Positions 9,269 through 19,771 are shown, counted from the stretch's first letter. The stretch is DNA of 62,355 nt from an uncultured delta proteobacterium (GCA_963737905.1 CAVTUQ010000045.1:1-62355), one strand, 5' to 3'. Program-made: numbers and translations. The notes: generated by a model not told the origin, from the letters alone.

Positions 9269-10153
9269 ATGAACGATAAAAACTATTTTGATCCTAAGGT
9301 CCTCGCCGGCATCTCCAATCTTTCCCTCCGGGCGCGCTGGGTGGTGGAAGGAATGTTGTCAGGAGTGCACCGCAGCCGTTCGAAGGGTTTTAGCGTCGAG
9401 TTCGAGGAACACCGGGAATATTCGCCGGGAGACGAAATCCGGCGCATCGACTGGAAGGCGCTGGGAAAATTCGACCGCTATTTCATCAAAGAATACGAAG
9501 ATGAGACCAATTTGAGAGCCTACCTTCTTGTCGATACCAGCGGCTCCATGGACTACGCTTCCGACGGTATCACCAAGTTCGACTACGGCTGCACCTTGGC
9601 CGCGTCCCTCGCCTATCTGATCCTGCGACAGCAGGACGCCGCCGGTCTAGTGACCTTTTCGGATCACATCGAAGCCTTTATCCCGCCGAAAGCCAAGCGA
9701 GATTATTTGTTGCAGATTCTTCATGCCCTCGAAAATCGCGGCCCGGCGGGAGAAACCGACGTCGGGAAGATTCTGGAAGAGATCGCTAGCCAGATCAAAC
9801 GGCGCGGCTTGGTGGTGCTCGTGTCCGACCTTCTCGATGAGCCCGAGCGGATCCTCAAGGGCCTTCGTTTGTTTCGCTTCAAGGGGAACGACGTTATCGT
9901 CTTTCATCTTCTCGATCCAGCGGAATTGAGCCTCCCCTTCGACGGCAATATCCAGTTCGAGGATCTCGAGGAGCTGAATCTCAGAGTCGTGGCGGACCCT
10001 CGCGCCATCCGCAAAACTTATCAAGAGGTCGTTGAGGAGTTTACCAGCCGGATGCGCCAGGAGTGTCACGATAACGTCATCGACTATCAGCTCATTTCGA
10101 CCTCCACCCCTCTAGACCAAGCGCTGGCGAGTTATCTGAGCTGGAGGGGCTAA
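9269..10153 (+). CDS. DUF58 (vWA-like) MoxR partner protein
   Basis: G.HRS..KGFSVEF.EHREYSPGDEIRRIDWK, LVDTSGSM (MIDAS), VSDLL. Confidence 0.92.
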   Translation: MNDKNYFDPKVLAGISNLSLRARWVVEGMLSGVHRSRSKGFSVEFEEHREYSPGDEIRRIDWKALGKFDRYFIKEYEDETNLRAYLLVDTSGSMDYASDGITKFDYGCTLAASLAYLILRQQDAAGLVTFSDHIEAFIPPKAKRDYLLQILHALENRGPAGETDVGKILEEIASQIKRRGLVVLVSDLLDEPERILKGLRLFRFKGNDVIVFHLLDPAELSLPFDGNIQFEDLEELNLRVVADPRAIRKTYQEVVEEFTSRMRQECHDNVIDYQLISTSTPLDQALASYLSWRG

Positions 10154-10160
10154 GCCAAGC

Positions 10161-12269
10161 ATGTCGGTTTTCTTTTTGCACCCCCTCTACCTGTTGGGGC
10201 TTCTCGCTGCGTCACTCCCGATTCTGATCCACTTGTTGAACCGCAGGAAACTGAAGCGAATTCGCTTCCCCGCTGTCCGCTTTATTCTCCTGTCGCAAAA
10301 ACGAATCTCGCGGAGCTATCGCCTGCGCCATTGGTTGCTGCTCGCGCTTAGAACCTTGGCGGTGGTCTTGCTCGCCCTCCTCCTCGCCAATCCGATTTTC
10401 CAGACGGGGGCCGGTCTTTTCGCCGGTGGCGGCCCGGTTTCATTGGTCATCCTGCTGGACAACTCTCTCAGCATGACTTGGAGCGCGGATGGGAACGGAT
10501 TTAAACAAGCCAAAGAGGCCGCGCGTTTCTTAATCGCCTCCCTCAACGACGGCGACCGCGCCGCCTTGATCCCGACCAACCTGAGCGGCAAGGAACGTTT
10601 TCGCCTCAAAGGCGAAAAGGAGGTTTTGTTCAAAGAGTTGGAGCGTATCGAGATCGCCGACGGCACAGCGAATTTTTCCGCCGCCCTAAGTAAGGCCTAC
10701 GAATTACTGAACGAACCGGCAGGGCAAAAAGAAATCCGGTTGATTACCGACATGGGGTTGACCGGCTGGGATCAATTTACGACCTCATCTCTTAAGCAAT
10801 ATGATCCATCGATTCCATTGAAAACCATTCGAACGGGCAAACAACAGCCGCCGTTGAACGGCACCCTCAAAGAGGTTCGTCTTACAAGCCAGGGCGTCGG
10901 CGTTAATTTGCCGCTCCGTTTCGAAGCCACGGTTGCGAATTTCGGGACGGCGGAAATCAAAGACGCTCTGGTCCAGCTCAGCATCGACGGTCAGAACAAA
11001 GAGCAAAAGCTTACCTCTATTCCACCCCGGGGTGAAGCCGCCGTGAGCTTTCAAACTCAGTTGACTCAGGCGGGGCCACACAACGGCCGCGTGAGCCTTA
11101 AGAAAGATGGGCTCGCCGGCAACAGTGCGATCCATTTTGGCCTCGATGCCCAGGACAAGCTAAAAATCCTTGTGGTCGACGGCGATCCCCAGACGTCGTT
11201 GGTCCAGAGTGAAACTTTCTTTCTCATTCGCGCATTGAACCCCGCCGGCGAACAGGATTCTTCCCTTTACCTTCCCACAGTGATCATTGCCGACGGACTC
11301 AACGCAATTTCTTTGGACACCTACCAGGTCGTGATTCTTTGCAACCTGTCATCTCTCCCGGATTCGTTGGGGCCCAAGCTGCAGACCTATCTCCGTCAAG
11401 GCGGCGGGTTGCTCATCTTCGGCGGAGATCGAGTCCAAGCGGAAAACTACAACCTGAAACTGGCTCAATCTTCACCGCCCCTGTTGCCGGCGCCGCTAAA
11501 AGAGAAAAGGCTGGGACCCGAAGCCGGGGGAGAGAAGATCGATAGATTTGATGTCGCTCATCCTGCCCTGCAAAGTTTTTCCGATCCCATTTTGCTCGAT
11601 TCCCTCAAATCGGCGCGGGTCTGGGGCTACTCCAGAACCGCGGCGCCAGGAAAATCAGCGCTCATCTCTTTGACCAATGGAGATCCGCTCCTCATCGAAC
11701 AGAAAGTCGGCCCTGGACGCGTTATCTTCTTCAGTACCTCGGCGGACCGTGACTGGAGCGATCTGCCGGTTAAAACCGCGTATCTCCCTTTAATCCAATC
11801 CCTCACGAATTACCTGGCCGGCGGTAAGCGAGGCGCCATGGATCCAGGGATTACCGTTGGCAATCCAAAAGAGTTCTCCTTTCCACCGAGCACTGTGGGC
11901 AAGAGCCTGAAAATCATCAAGCCAAACAAGCAGGAAATAGAAGTCCCGTTGGTTCCCGAAAAAGACCGGGCCGCAGCGACCTATCAGGACAACGACCGCG
12001 CCGGAATTTATCGTCTGTCACTGCCGGCCGGAGGAGAAAAGGAATCCGGAACGCCTCGCCTCTACGCGGTAAACCCGCCGTTTCTCGAATCCCGTCTGGA
12101 CGAGATCAGCGAGAGCGAACTGCAGGCGAAGCTTAAGCCGATTCCCGCCGAGGTGATTTCAATCGACGCCCTCCAACATGGCGGCACGCGCATGGACCTC
12201 GCTCTTCCCCTGCTAGGTCTCCTCATTGTAACGTTACTGACGGAAGGGTGGCTGGCACAACGCATCTAA
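10161..12269 (+). CDS. BatA N-terminal domain / vWA / GATase-like membrane protein
   Basis: N-terminal LPILIHLL..R...I.FPAVRF (BatA-like double-TM), LLDNSLSM MIDAS, GGGLLIFGG, DRDWSDLP, C-terminal TM ending EGWLA. Confidence 0.85.
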   Translation: MSVFFLHPLYLLGLLAASLPILIHLLNRRKLKRIRFPAVRFILLSQKRISRSYRLRHWLLLALRTLAVVLLALLLANPIFQTGAGLFAGGGPVSLVILLDNSLSMTWSADGNGFKQAKEAARFLIASLNDGDRAALIPTNLSGKERFRLKGEKEVLFKELERIEIADGTANFSAALSKAYELLNEPAGQKEIRLITDMGLTGWDQFTTSSLKQYDPSIPLKTIRTGKQQPPLNGTLKEVRLTSQGVGVNLPLRFEATVANFGTAEIKDALVQLSIDGQNKEQKLTSIPPRGEAAVSFQTQLTQAGPHNGRVSLKKDGLAGNSAIHFGLDAQDKLKILVVDGDPQTSLVQSETFFLIRALNPAGEQDSSLYLPTVIIADGLNAISLDTYQVVILCNLSSLPDSLGPKLQTYLRQGGGLLIFGGDRVQAENYNLKLAQSSPPLLPAPLKEKRLGPEAGGEKIDRFDVAHPALQSFSDPILLDSLKSARVWGYSRTAAPGKSALISLTNGDPLLIEQKVGPGRVIFFSTSADRDWSDLPVKTAYLPLIQSLTNYLAGGKRGAMDPGITVGNPKEFSFPPSTVGKSLKIIKPNKQEIEVPLVPEKDRAAATYQDNDRAGIYRLSLPAGGEKESGTPRLYAVNPPFLESRLDEISESELQAKLKPIPAEVISIDALQHGGTRMDLALPLLGLLIVTLLTEGWLAQRI

Positions 12270-12277
12270 CCGCTGAA

Positions 12278-12358
12278 ATGGCGTATGGCTTATCGCTTAT
12301 AGCGTATGGCTTATGGCGTTTTGTTCCAACTATATGCCATAAGCTATCAGCCATATGC
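12278..12358. repeat. Tandem heptamer palindrome (ATGGCTT family)
   Basis: ATGGCGT ATGGCTT ATCGCTT ATAGCGT ATGGCTT ATGGCGT, a spacer, then the reverse arm ATGCCAT AAGCTAT CAGCCAT. Confidence 0.85.
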
Positions 12359-12377
12359 AGTAACTTTCTAGGGACTC

Positions 12378-13145
12378 ATGACTAGACGCGATTTTATCCG
12401 TTTTCTCTTCAAAGGCGTTTTCGCGGCAGCTCTCGTGCCAAGAAACCTTGAGACGAATCCTAAAGATAAGCTGCCCATACAGTTTGTCTTTGCCCAGCTC
12501 AAATATCGCGGCGGCGACTGGAACCCGCACCCGTTGGCGGTCACCCCGCTGATGGACGAGCTGATGTTGCGCACCAGCGTTGAAGCCGCCACGGTCAGAC
12601 ACGAGGTTGCGATTGCGGACGGCGATCTTTTCAATTATCCATTTCTTTACATCGCCGGCAGATACGAGTTTGACCCCTTCACTCAAGAAGAGATCGAGAT
12701 CCTGCGCCGGTTTCTCTCCTACGGCGGCTTTCTGCTCGTCGATGATGCCCTCGGCCAGCAAGGCTATGGCTTCGACAAGGCGCTGCGCAGAGAAATGCAG
12801 AGAATTTTTCCGGGTAATGACTTTAAGCGCCTTCCTTCCGGCCACGCGGCGCTCAGAAGTTATTACCTGCTCCGACGCATCGGCGGCGTACGAATCGTCA
12901 ACCCCAACTTGGAAGGGATTACACTAGGCAACTCCACGCCCGTCATCTACTGCCAGAATGATCTCGGTGGCGCCTGGGAGCGAGACCAGCTGGGCAACTG
13001 GACTAACCCCTGCACGCCGGGCGGCGAAGACCAACGCAAAGACGCCTTCCACTTAGGCATCAACCTGATCGTCTACGCGATGACTGAAAACTATAAAGAG
13101 GATCTGATCCACGTTCCGTTTATTCGGAAACGGCTCACCCGGTGA
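12378..13145 (+). CDS. DUF4159 domain protein with a Tat-like signal
   Basis: MTRRDFIRF twin-arginine motif; GGDWNP, YPFLY..G, LRRFL..GGFLLVDD, NDLGGAW, LGINL..YAMT.NYK.D. Confidence 0.85.
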   Translation: MTRRDFIRFLFKGVFAAALVPRNLETNPKDKLPIQFVFAQLKYRGGDWNPHPLAVTPLMDELMLRTSVEAATVRHEVAIADGDLFNYPFLYIAGRYEFDPFTQEEIEILRRFLSYGGFLLVDDALGQQGYGFDKALRREMQRIFPGNDFKRLPSGHAALRSYYLLRRIGGVRIVNPNLEGITLGNSTPVIYCQNDLGGAWERDQLGNWTNPCTPGGEDQRKDAFHLGINLIVYAMTENYKEDLIHVPFIRKRLTR

Positions 13146-13148
13146 ACC

Positions 13149-15410
13149 ATGCAGGATCTCTTTCTGATCGGCAGTCTTCCCTGGTGGCTCATCGTTCTGG
13201 TCGCCTGCGGAAGCGTTGCCCTGTTGATCCAACAGTTTCTCACGCTCAAGCAGCGGCTGGGCCTGGGGCAGAGTTGGTTCTTGGTTTTGCTCCGTGCCTG
13301 CGTTTATAGCCTGCTCGTCTTCTACCTTTTCGGTCCCGCCTTGGTGGAAAAGCGGGTAGCGAAATTGCGCCGGCCATTGACGGTTCTGGTAGACAGCTCA
13401 CAAAGCATGTCTTTTCCTGCTAATCCCAAACCGGCGACAGACGGGCAACCCGCAAAGAGCCGGCTCGATCTCGTCAGGGAAAAGCTCTTGGCCGGTAAGG
13501 AGCCGTTGATCCAAGAGCTCAGCCGAGATTATGACTTACGTCTCTATCGTTTCGGTACCGCCCTTGAGCCCATCGCACCGGCGTCCATCGGGCAACTGAA
13601 AGCTCAAGATCAGGGAACGCGACTCTTGGAAGTGCTTCAGTCCGCCGCCCGAGAAGCCGGGGAACAGTCCGGCATCCTCCTTTTCAGCGACGGCATTGCC
13701 AACGGCGATAGGAAAACTCTGGATGGAACACCGTCTTTGCCCGTGCCCGTCTTCACCATCGGCGTGGGCGATACGGAGGGCTTTACCGACGTTCGTATCG
13801 CCGACCTACGAGCGCCGGAGTTCGCTTTCCGCGGACGGGAGGTGAAACTCGATTTGACGGTGCAAGCCTACGGCCTCAAAGGCAAGACCTTCCCTCTCTA
13901 CTTTAACCGCGGCAAGAACCTGATCACCAGCCGTTCCATTAACGTCAATGCCGACCCCTTCGAGCAAAAAATTACCTTTAGCTTCACGCCAAAGGAAATC
14001 GGCGCCCACAGCTTTTCGCTGACCATTCCCAATCAACCGGGAGAGCAGATTACGCAAAACAACCAGAAGGATTTCAAGATCGACGTCCAACGCGACAAGA
14101 TTCGGGTTCTCACTCTTTCCGGCTCTCCGGCCTGGAACTATCGATTTCTACGGATGGCGATGAAGCAGGATCCTTTGATAGAGCTTGTCTCCTTCGTCTT
14201 CCTACGAACACCGACTGACACTGTCGATGTGCCGGAAAATCAGTTGAGTTTGATCCCTTTCCCCATCGACGACATTTTCTTGGAGGAGTTGAAGAATTTC
14301 GACGTGGTCGTCTTTGACGACTTCTCTTATCGCGCTTATTTCAATCCTGTCTATTTGGACAAAGTAAGAGACTTCGTCCGCGATGGCGGCGGGCTGGCGA
14401 TGCTCGGCGGCGCGCGCGCTTTCGACAGCGGCGGTTATGCGGACAGCGCTCTGAAGGACGTCCTCCCGGTGGAACTCGACGGTAAAGGGAGCTACCAAGC
14501 TCAAGGCACCGTGCATGCGGTTCTGACCCCGTCCGGAAGAGCCCATCCGGTTACCCGCTTGTTACCGGACCCGAAGGGCAACGAAGAAGCGTGGGCAAAA
14601 ATGCCGCCTCTGACCGCGTTGAATCAAGTCCGCAGTGCCAGGGGAGAAACCCTCCTGTCTGCGGGAAGTAACGGTTCCGGCGCTACCGTGCCACTGCTGA
14701 CCATCGGTCGTTTCGGCAAGGGACGCAGTCTTGCCTTGATGACCGATGATGCCTGGCGTTGGAATTTCATCGCTGTCGGAAATCGGGAAACTCCGCAAAA
14801 CCATTTGAAGCTTATTCGCCAGGCCATACGTTGGCTCGCCCAGGAGCCATCCTTTGAACAGGTACAGATCCGGCCTATAGCGGTCTCCCGACCCGGCGAA
14901 AAAATTGCGATCAAACTCCGCGTGCTAAAGGACGACTTCACCCCGACCCGGCAAGCCGCGGTGCAACTGCGCGTCATCGGCCCGGAAGGCGATCCGAGCC
15001 TGGTGCAAACAGCCGCGGATGCAGAAGAAGGCGAATATACCGGCGCGTATACGCCGACGAGAGAAGGCTCCTACCGCGCGGAAGCGGAAGCGAGCCTGGC
15101 GGGAAAGGCACTGGGCAAGGACAGTGCGAGTTTTTCCGTCGCCTTTCCCTATGGCGAGACCGACGACGGCAGGCCTCGTCCAGAGCTGCTGAAACAGATT
15201 GCCGCGGCGAGTCAAGGAGAGTATATCCCCATCAAAGAGTGGAACGAAAAAACTCTCGACAGGATCGCCGCAAAACTGGAGAGCCACACGCCCTCGCAGA
15301 TTATCGAACAGCGGCAAACCCGGCTCTGGAGCACGCTGTGGCCCTTTGCGATCGTCCTGGCGCTGTTGAGTATCGAATGGTGGATGCGGCGGAAGTGGGG
15401 AATGATTTAG
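13149..15410 (+). CDS. vWA + glutamine-amidotransferase-like (DUF1355-like) membrane protein
   Basis: N-terminal TMs, VLVDSSQSM, LFSDG, FVRDGGGLAMLGG, GKGRSLALMTDDAWRW, C-terminal EWWMRRKWG. Confidence 0.85.
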   Translation: MQDLFLIGSLPWWLIVLVACGSVALLIQQFLTLKQRLGLGQSWFLVLLRACVYSLLVFYLFGPALVEKRVAKLRRPLTVLVDSSQSMSFPANPKPATDGQPAKSRLDLVREKLLAGKEPLIQELSRDYDLRLYRFGTALEPIAPASIGQLKAQDQGTRLLEVLQSAAREAGEQSGILLFSDGIANGDRKTLDGTPSLPVPVFTIGVGDTEGFTDVRIADLRAPEFAFRGREVKLDLTVQAYGLKGKTFPLYFNRGKNLITSRSINVNADPFEQKITFSFTPKEIGAHSFSLTIPNQPGEQITQNNQKDFKIDVQRDKIRVLTLSGSPAWNYRFLRMAMKQDPLIELVSFVFLRTPTDTVDVPENQLSLIPFPIDDIFLEELKNFDVVVFDDFSYRAYFNPVYLDKVRDFVRDGGGLAMLGGARAFDSGGYADSALKDVLPVELDGKGSYQAQGTVHAVLTPSGRAHPVTRLLPDPKGNEEAWAKMPPLTALNQVRSARGETLLSAGSNGSGATVPLLTIGRFGKGRSLALMTDDAWRWNFIAVGNRETPQNHLKLIRQAIRWLAQEPSFEQVQIRPIAVSRPGEKIAIKLRVLKDDFTPTRQAAVQLRVIGPEGDPSLVQTAADAEEGEYTGAYTPTREGSYRAEAEASLAGKALGKDSASFSVAFPYGETDDGRPRPELLKQIAAASQGEYIPIKEWNEKTLDRIAAKLESHTPSQIIEQRQTRLWSTLWPFAIVLALLSIEWWMRRKWGMI

Positions 15411-15415
15411 TTACT

Positions 15416-15472
15416 GGTTTCAGGTTAAACGCGGTAACTGCGAAACACGGAACCTCGAAACGGCTGAGGACG
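15416..15472. repeat. Degenerate heptamer palindrome (GTTTCAG / CTCGAAA family)
   Basis: GGTTTCAGGTT ... CTGCGAAACACGGAACCTCGAAAC just after the stop at 15410; resembles 54756-54826. Confidence 0.45.
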
Positions 15473-15482
15473 CGAAAGACAC

Positions 15483-16301
15483 GTGGCGAACCTAAAACTA
15501 GGAGCAACGCATTTCACGCTTCTGCTTTTGCTGCTCGCGTTCCCAACCCGCGTTCTCAGCTTTTGCCACGAGCTGGAAGTCGTGCAGGGCCAGTTCTTGC
15601 GGGTTGCGGCCACTGCTCCGGCTCCGGTTTCAGTGGAATGGATGGGCCACTCCACCTTTCAAATCACCTCGTCCAAGGGAACTCGGATCCTTACCGATCC
15701 GCATGGCGCGTTCGACCTGCCTCGCCCCACTTTGCCGCAGCACATCGTCACCACCAGTCACCAGCACGGCCCCCACAACAGCGTCCACATGGCTCCCGGA
15801 ACGCCGGTCATTTTACATGGCCTGACGCCCGGAGGGGAGAACTGGCAGAAAATCTCCACCACCATCCGCGACGTGTCGGTTTATGTCGTGCCGGCGTTCC
15901 ATGACAAGAGCCAAGGGATGCAGAGAGGCAAGAATGCGATCTTCGTCTTTCGCGTCGATGATATCTGCATCGCTCACTTGGGTGACCTTGGTCATCTCCT
16001 CACTCCGGACCAACTCAAGATGATGGGCAAGATCGATATTCTGCTGGTCCCCGTGGCCGGCGGTTTTTATACCGTTACGGCAAGCGAGGCGCGAGAAGTG
16101 ACGAAGCAAGTGAACCCCAGAATAGCCATCCCGATGCACTACTGGTGGGAGGCGGCGGTCCCGGAATTCACCCAAGATATGCCGCGGGTCAAGACCACGA
16201 ACAGCTCCGTGCTCAAGATTTCCAAGCCGGAGCTACCTCAGCAAACGGAGATCTTTGTTCTATCTTATGGCCAGTCTGAAACATCGCGTAGAAGATATTG
16301 A
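15483..16301 (+). CDS. Exported MBL-fold hydrolase (Lactamase_B_3-like)
   Basis: Signal peptide; WMGHSTF, LTDP, TSHQHGPH, HLGD, IPMHY. Confidence 0.8.
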   Translation: MANLKLGATHFTLLLLLLAFPTRVLSFCHELEVVQGQFLRVAATAPAPVSVEWMGHSTFQITSSKGTRILTDPHGAFDLPRPTLPQHIVTTSHQHGPHNSVHMAPGTPVILHGLTPGGENWQKISTTIRDVSVYVVPAFHDKSQGMQRGKNAIFVFRVDDICIAHLGDLGHLLTPDQLKMMGKIDILLVPVAGGFYTVTASEAREVTKQVNPRIAIPMHYWWEAAVPEFTQDMPRVKTTNSSVLKISKPELPQQTEIFVLSYGQSETSRRRY

Positions 16302-16322
16302 TATCACTCTGGAGGAACAGCC

Positions 16323-17291
16323 ATGAAAGCAATACGAGTTCACAAATATGGCGGCCCGGAAGTTCTAACCATCGAGGAGGTTTCTGTTCCCGAACCTAAA
16401 ACCGGTGAGACCCGCGTGAAAATCGAAGCCATCGGCGTCAATTACATCGACATCTATCAACGCACCGGGCTTTATCCGCTGAAGACACCCTTTACCTTGG
16501 GAACGGAAGGGGCGGGAATCGTCGATGCGGTCGGACCCGATGTCACAGAAGTGAAAAAAGGGGATCGTGTGGGCTACGCGATGATCCCGGGGTCTTACGC
16601 TGAATACGCCATCGTACCCGCAGCTAGACTTGTACCGATACCACCCAGCATAGACGCGAGGTTAGCCGCCGCTCTTATGCTCCAGGGGATGACCGCCCAT
16701 TATTTGACCCACAGCACCTATCCGCTGAAGAAAGGCGAGACGGCACTCGTGCACGCCGCGGCCGGCGGAGTGGGACTCCTCCTGATTCAAATCGCCAATC
16801 AGTTGGGTGCAACGGTTATCGGCACGGTCTCAACCGAAGCCAAAGCCAAACTCGCGAAAGAAATGGGTGCCGACCATTTGATTCTTTATACCCAAAGCGA
16901 CTTTCTCGCTGAGGTCAAGAAACTCACCGATGGCCGCGGAGTGAATGTCGTTTATGACTCGGTGGGACAGACTACGTTCGATAAGAGCCTGGATTGCCTC
17001 CGACCAAGAGGTTACCTGGTCCTTTTCGGACAATCCAGCGGACCCGTGCCGCCTTTTGATCCCGGCAAACTTGCCGCCAAGGGCTCCCTATTTCTGACTC
17101 GCCCGAGCCTGGCTCACTATACGTTGGAGCGTTCGGAGTTGCTTCAACGAGCAAACGATGTTTTCAATTGGACCGCTACAGGGAAGTTAAAAGTGAGAAT
17201 AGACAAGACCTTCTCCCTTTCCGAGGTAGCCGAAGCCCACCGCCAGTTGGAAGGACGGAAAACCACGGGCAAGGTTATTTTACTGACATGA
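16323..17291 (+). CDS. qor: NADPH:quinone oxidoreductase (zeta-crystallin/MDR family)
   Basis: GGPEVL, GVNYID...[46 protein letters not shown]; RBS GGAGG. Confidence 0.92.
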   Translation: MKAIRVHKYGGPEVLTIEEVSVPEPKTGETRVKIEAIGVNYIDIYQRTGLYPLKTPFTLGTEGAGIVDAVGPDVTEVKKGDRVGYAMIPGSYAEYAIVPAARLVPIPPSIDARLAAALMLQGMTAHYLTHSTYPLKKGETALVHAAAGGVGLLLIQIANQLGATVIGTVSTEAKAKLAKEMGADHLILYTQSDFLAEVKKLTDGRGVNVVYDSVGQTTFDKSLDCLRPRGYLVLFGQSSGPVPPFDPGKLAAKGSLFLTRPSLAHYTLERSELLQRANDVFNWTATGKLKVRIDKTFSLSEVAEAHRQLEGRKTTGKVILLT

Positions 17292-17320
17292 AAACCCGAA
17301 GCTCAATGAACCGGTCGGGG

Positions 17321-17860
17321 TTATAGACCAGCGATCTGCTGTTCCGCCAGGAGCTCCTGCAACTTTTTGCGCTGATCGGCAGTGAGCAGCTCTTTCCCTT
17401 TCTGGATGGTACGGATGCGCGCGATCCGGAGATCGGCGCGCATCCGCTCGGTCTCCCGTACTTTTGCTTCGACCTTCGCCATATCGATCTTTTCTGCAAT
17501 AAGAAGAGCATTGAGATCCATTTCGGCAACTCGAAGATCGGCATCCTTACGAATCGATTCCTTCTGGAAGTCGTTCCTCAATTGCTCGAGATTTTTGACT
17601 TGGGCGGCGGACAGGTCGAGCTTTTCGCGGTTGCGGAGAATAAAAGCGATCAGTGGCCGCTCCTCGCTCTTCATGGTGCCGGAACCCAAATAGTCTCCCC
17701 AGCGACCGAACCATTCTCGCAACTCGCGCGCAAAATCGTCCAAACCTTGCGCGAACTGCTGATTTATCAACGGCCCTGCTCCTTCAATGGCGGCGGCCGA
17801 CCGAGGTAGAGCCACGAAGACTGATGACAGCAGGAATCCCAAAAGAGCTCGTCTCATCAT
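17321..17860 (-). CDS. Periplasmic Spy/CpxP / heavy-metal-sensor-like helical protein
   Basis: Signal peptide; LDLSAAQVKNL and C-terminal LLTADQRKKL (LTxxQ-like) motifs. Confidence 0.75.
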   Translation of the reverse strand: MMRRALLGFLLSSVFVALPRSAAAIEGAGPLINQQFAQGLDDFARELREWFGRWGDYLGSGTMKSEERPLIAFILRNREKLDLSAAQVKNLEQLRNDFQKESIRKDADLRVAEMDLNALLIAEKIDMAKVEAKVRETERMRADLRIARIRTIQKGKELLTADQRKKLQELLAEQQIAGL

Positions 17861-18166
17861 TGGAACCTCCTAACCCATGTTTGCTCAGGAATTAGAACGC
17901 GTAGGCCTCGCAATGTCAATTACCAACAACCGGTCGTCTTGCTTTGATGAGCGCGGGCCAATCGGCTAAGCCGAAGACAATGGCAGACGGTTTTGTCCTT
18001 GACACCGCCGTCAATCCTGGCTTAGCGTCTTCTTGACGTAAGGAAGAACACCCAACGCCATTGACTGTTCGAAATAATGGTTTAGAAACCGAGTTGTTTG
18101 ACATCCGCGTGTTGAATGCGCACGCTAAAAGAAAGTGGCAATTTCTAGAAAAAAGGAGGAACGATC

Positions 18167-18460
18167 ATGATCACTCGCATGATTCTGGTTAGTGTTCCGA
18201 AAGAAAGGACTGCAGAGGCCGAGCGACTATGGAAACAAGAATGTGCTCCGTTGATGATCAAGCAACCCGGCTGCTTGAGCGAGCAGTTTTTACGGGGTCG
18301 CGAGAATCCGGGCGAGTTCATCTCACTCAGTACCTGGGAAGACCAGGCCGCCATCGACAGGTATCGTACGAGTGACGCCCATAAGGCGATTCAACAACAC
18401 AGCCGCGCGCTGATGAACGTAGCCAAAGTCGAAGTGAAGACCTATGAGGTGATGGGCTAA
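18167..18460 (+). CDS. Antibiotic biosynthesis monooxygenase (ABM) family protein
   Basis: 97 aa; QPGC, FISLSTWEDQAA...Y..S.AH; AGGAGG RBS. Confidence 0.85.
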   Translation: MITRMILVSVPKERTAEAERLWKQECAPLMIKQPGCLSEQFLRGRENPGEFISLSTWEDQAAIDRYRTSDAHKAIQQHSRALMNVAKVEVKTYEVMG

Positions 18461-18520
18461 GCGACACGCCGCGACGCATGGGGCACGCGGCTTTGATAGA
18501 TTGATCAGAGCGGCGGTTGT

Positions 18521-19756
18521 TTATTCACGGACGAGTTCCACCGGACGTCGCGGCTCTTCGAGAAGTGCCCCGAGCCCCACGCAACCCACTGCCACGGCGC
18601 CGGCAAGTACCTGCCATGCAATCGGATACGATTCGCTCTTGTCGACGATAAAACCGAAAAGAGGCGTCCCCAGAGTAGCCGCCGCGGCGTTGATCGTGAT
18701 CATCAACCCCAAAGCCGCGCCGGTTCTAGCTCTTCCAGCCAGCTCGCCGATCAAGGCGTAGGACACGCCTTGGTATCCGACTAGACAAAGACCCGAAAGA
18801 AATACGACCGGCAAGAGCAGAGAGAGCGGTGACTGTCGGCTCATGAGGCTCAACGCTACCAACAATGTGGAGCCCATGATGCCGATGATCAGCAGAACAA
18901 TCTTCCTTCGCCCGCCGAAGAGCCGGTCGCTGGCCGCGCCCCAACCAACCCGTCCAAACATAGCGCCCGCCTGCGCGATCGCCAGCGCTTGACTGGCCCA
19001 GTAAGCGGAGAAGCCCATCGAATCCTTGAGGTAGAGCGGAAGATAGGTGATTAACGCCATCTGTCCGACGAGAAAGATCGCAGTCCCACAGCTCGCCGGC
19101 AAAAAGCTCCAAACATTCAGTGATCCCGGATCCTCCGGCGCAGTCAGATGCCGTGCCGCGGAAGTTATGTCCCGGTCTTCCGGTTCGCGCCACAGGGTTG
19201 AAAAAACGAAGCCGAAAAAGAAGTTGATGATCCCGAGGGCAGCCAACGCGCCGCGCCAACCGATAACCAAGACGAGCGGCGCGGCCAACAACGCCACAAC
19301 CACGCCACCCGCCGGCACCCCGGTCTGTTTGATGCCCATGGCCGTCGCTCGCTCGTCGCGATCAAACCACTCCATCACCCCTTTAGTCGAAGCCGGGTTC
19401 AAAAAGCTGTACCCCAACCCGGCGAGAAAGAAGCTGGCAAAAGCCCAGGCGAAAGACGGGGCCATGGATGCGGCCACCGTACAGACACCGAGAACCACGT
19501 GTCCCTGCAGGGTCGTTTTTCGAATGCCAAGACGGTCCGCCAACCAGCCTGCGCCGAAAGACGCGCCGGTCATCGCCAGGTAAAATGCCGAAAAGAAGAG
19601 ACCCACCTGGGCGCGAGAGAGTCCGAGCTCTTCTTGATAGAACGGCGCCAGCGTATTGATCCCGTACTGCGCCGTGGCACCGATGATGTGTGAAACACTG
19701 ATGAGCGTTAAGATCGCCCAGCGAAACTTATCCTGCACAGCGGTGTTTTCTGACAT
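18521..19756 (-). CDS. MFS transporter
   Basis: About 12 hydrophobic segments; GWLADRLGIRK and GAASDRLFGGRRK motif A copies. Confidence 0.92.
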   Translation of the reverse strand: MSENTAVQDKFRWAILTLISVSHIIGATAQYGINTLAPFYQEELGLSRAQVGLFFSAFYLAMTGASFGAGWLADRLGIRKTTLQGHVVLGVCTVAASMAPSFAWAFASFFLAGLGYSFLNPASTKGVMEWFDRDERATAMGIKQTGVPAGGVVVALLAAPLVLVIGWRGALAALGIINFFFGFVFSTLWREPEDRDITSAARHLTAPEDPGSLNVWSFLPASCGTAIFLVGQMALITYLPLYLKDSMGFSAYWASQALAIAQAGAMFGRVGWGAASDRLFGGRRKIVLLIIGIMGSTLLVALSLMSRQSPLSLLLPVVFLSGLCLVGYQGVSYALIGELAGRARTGAALGLMITINAAAATLGTPLFGFIVDKSESYPIAWQVLAGAVAVGCVGLGALLEEPRRPVELVRE

Positions 19757-19771
19757 GCTAGAGAGCAGCGT

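Noticed and set aside
17999-18014. TTGAC-N6-GTCAA palindrome as an FNR/CRP site
   Set aside because: Spacing does not fit FNR (N4), it is a single instance, and it may simply be a -35 element.
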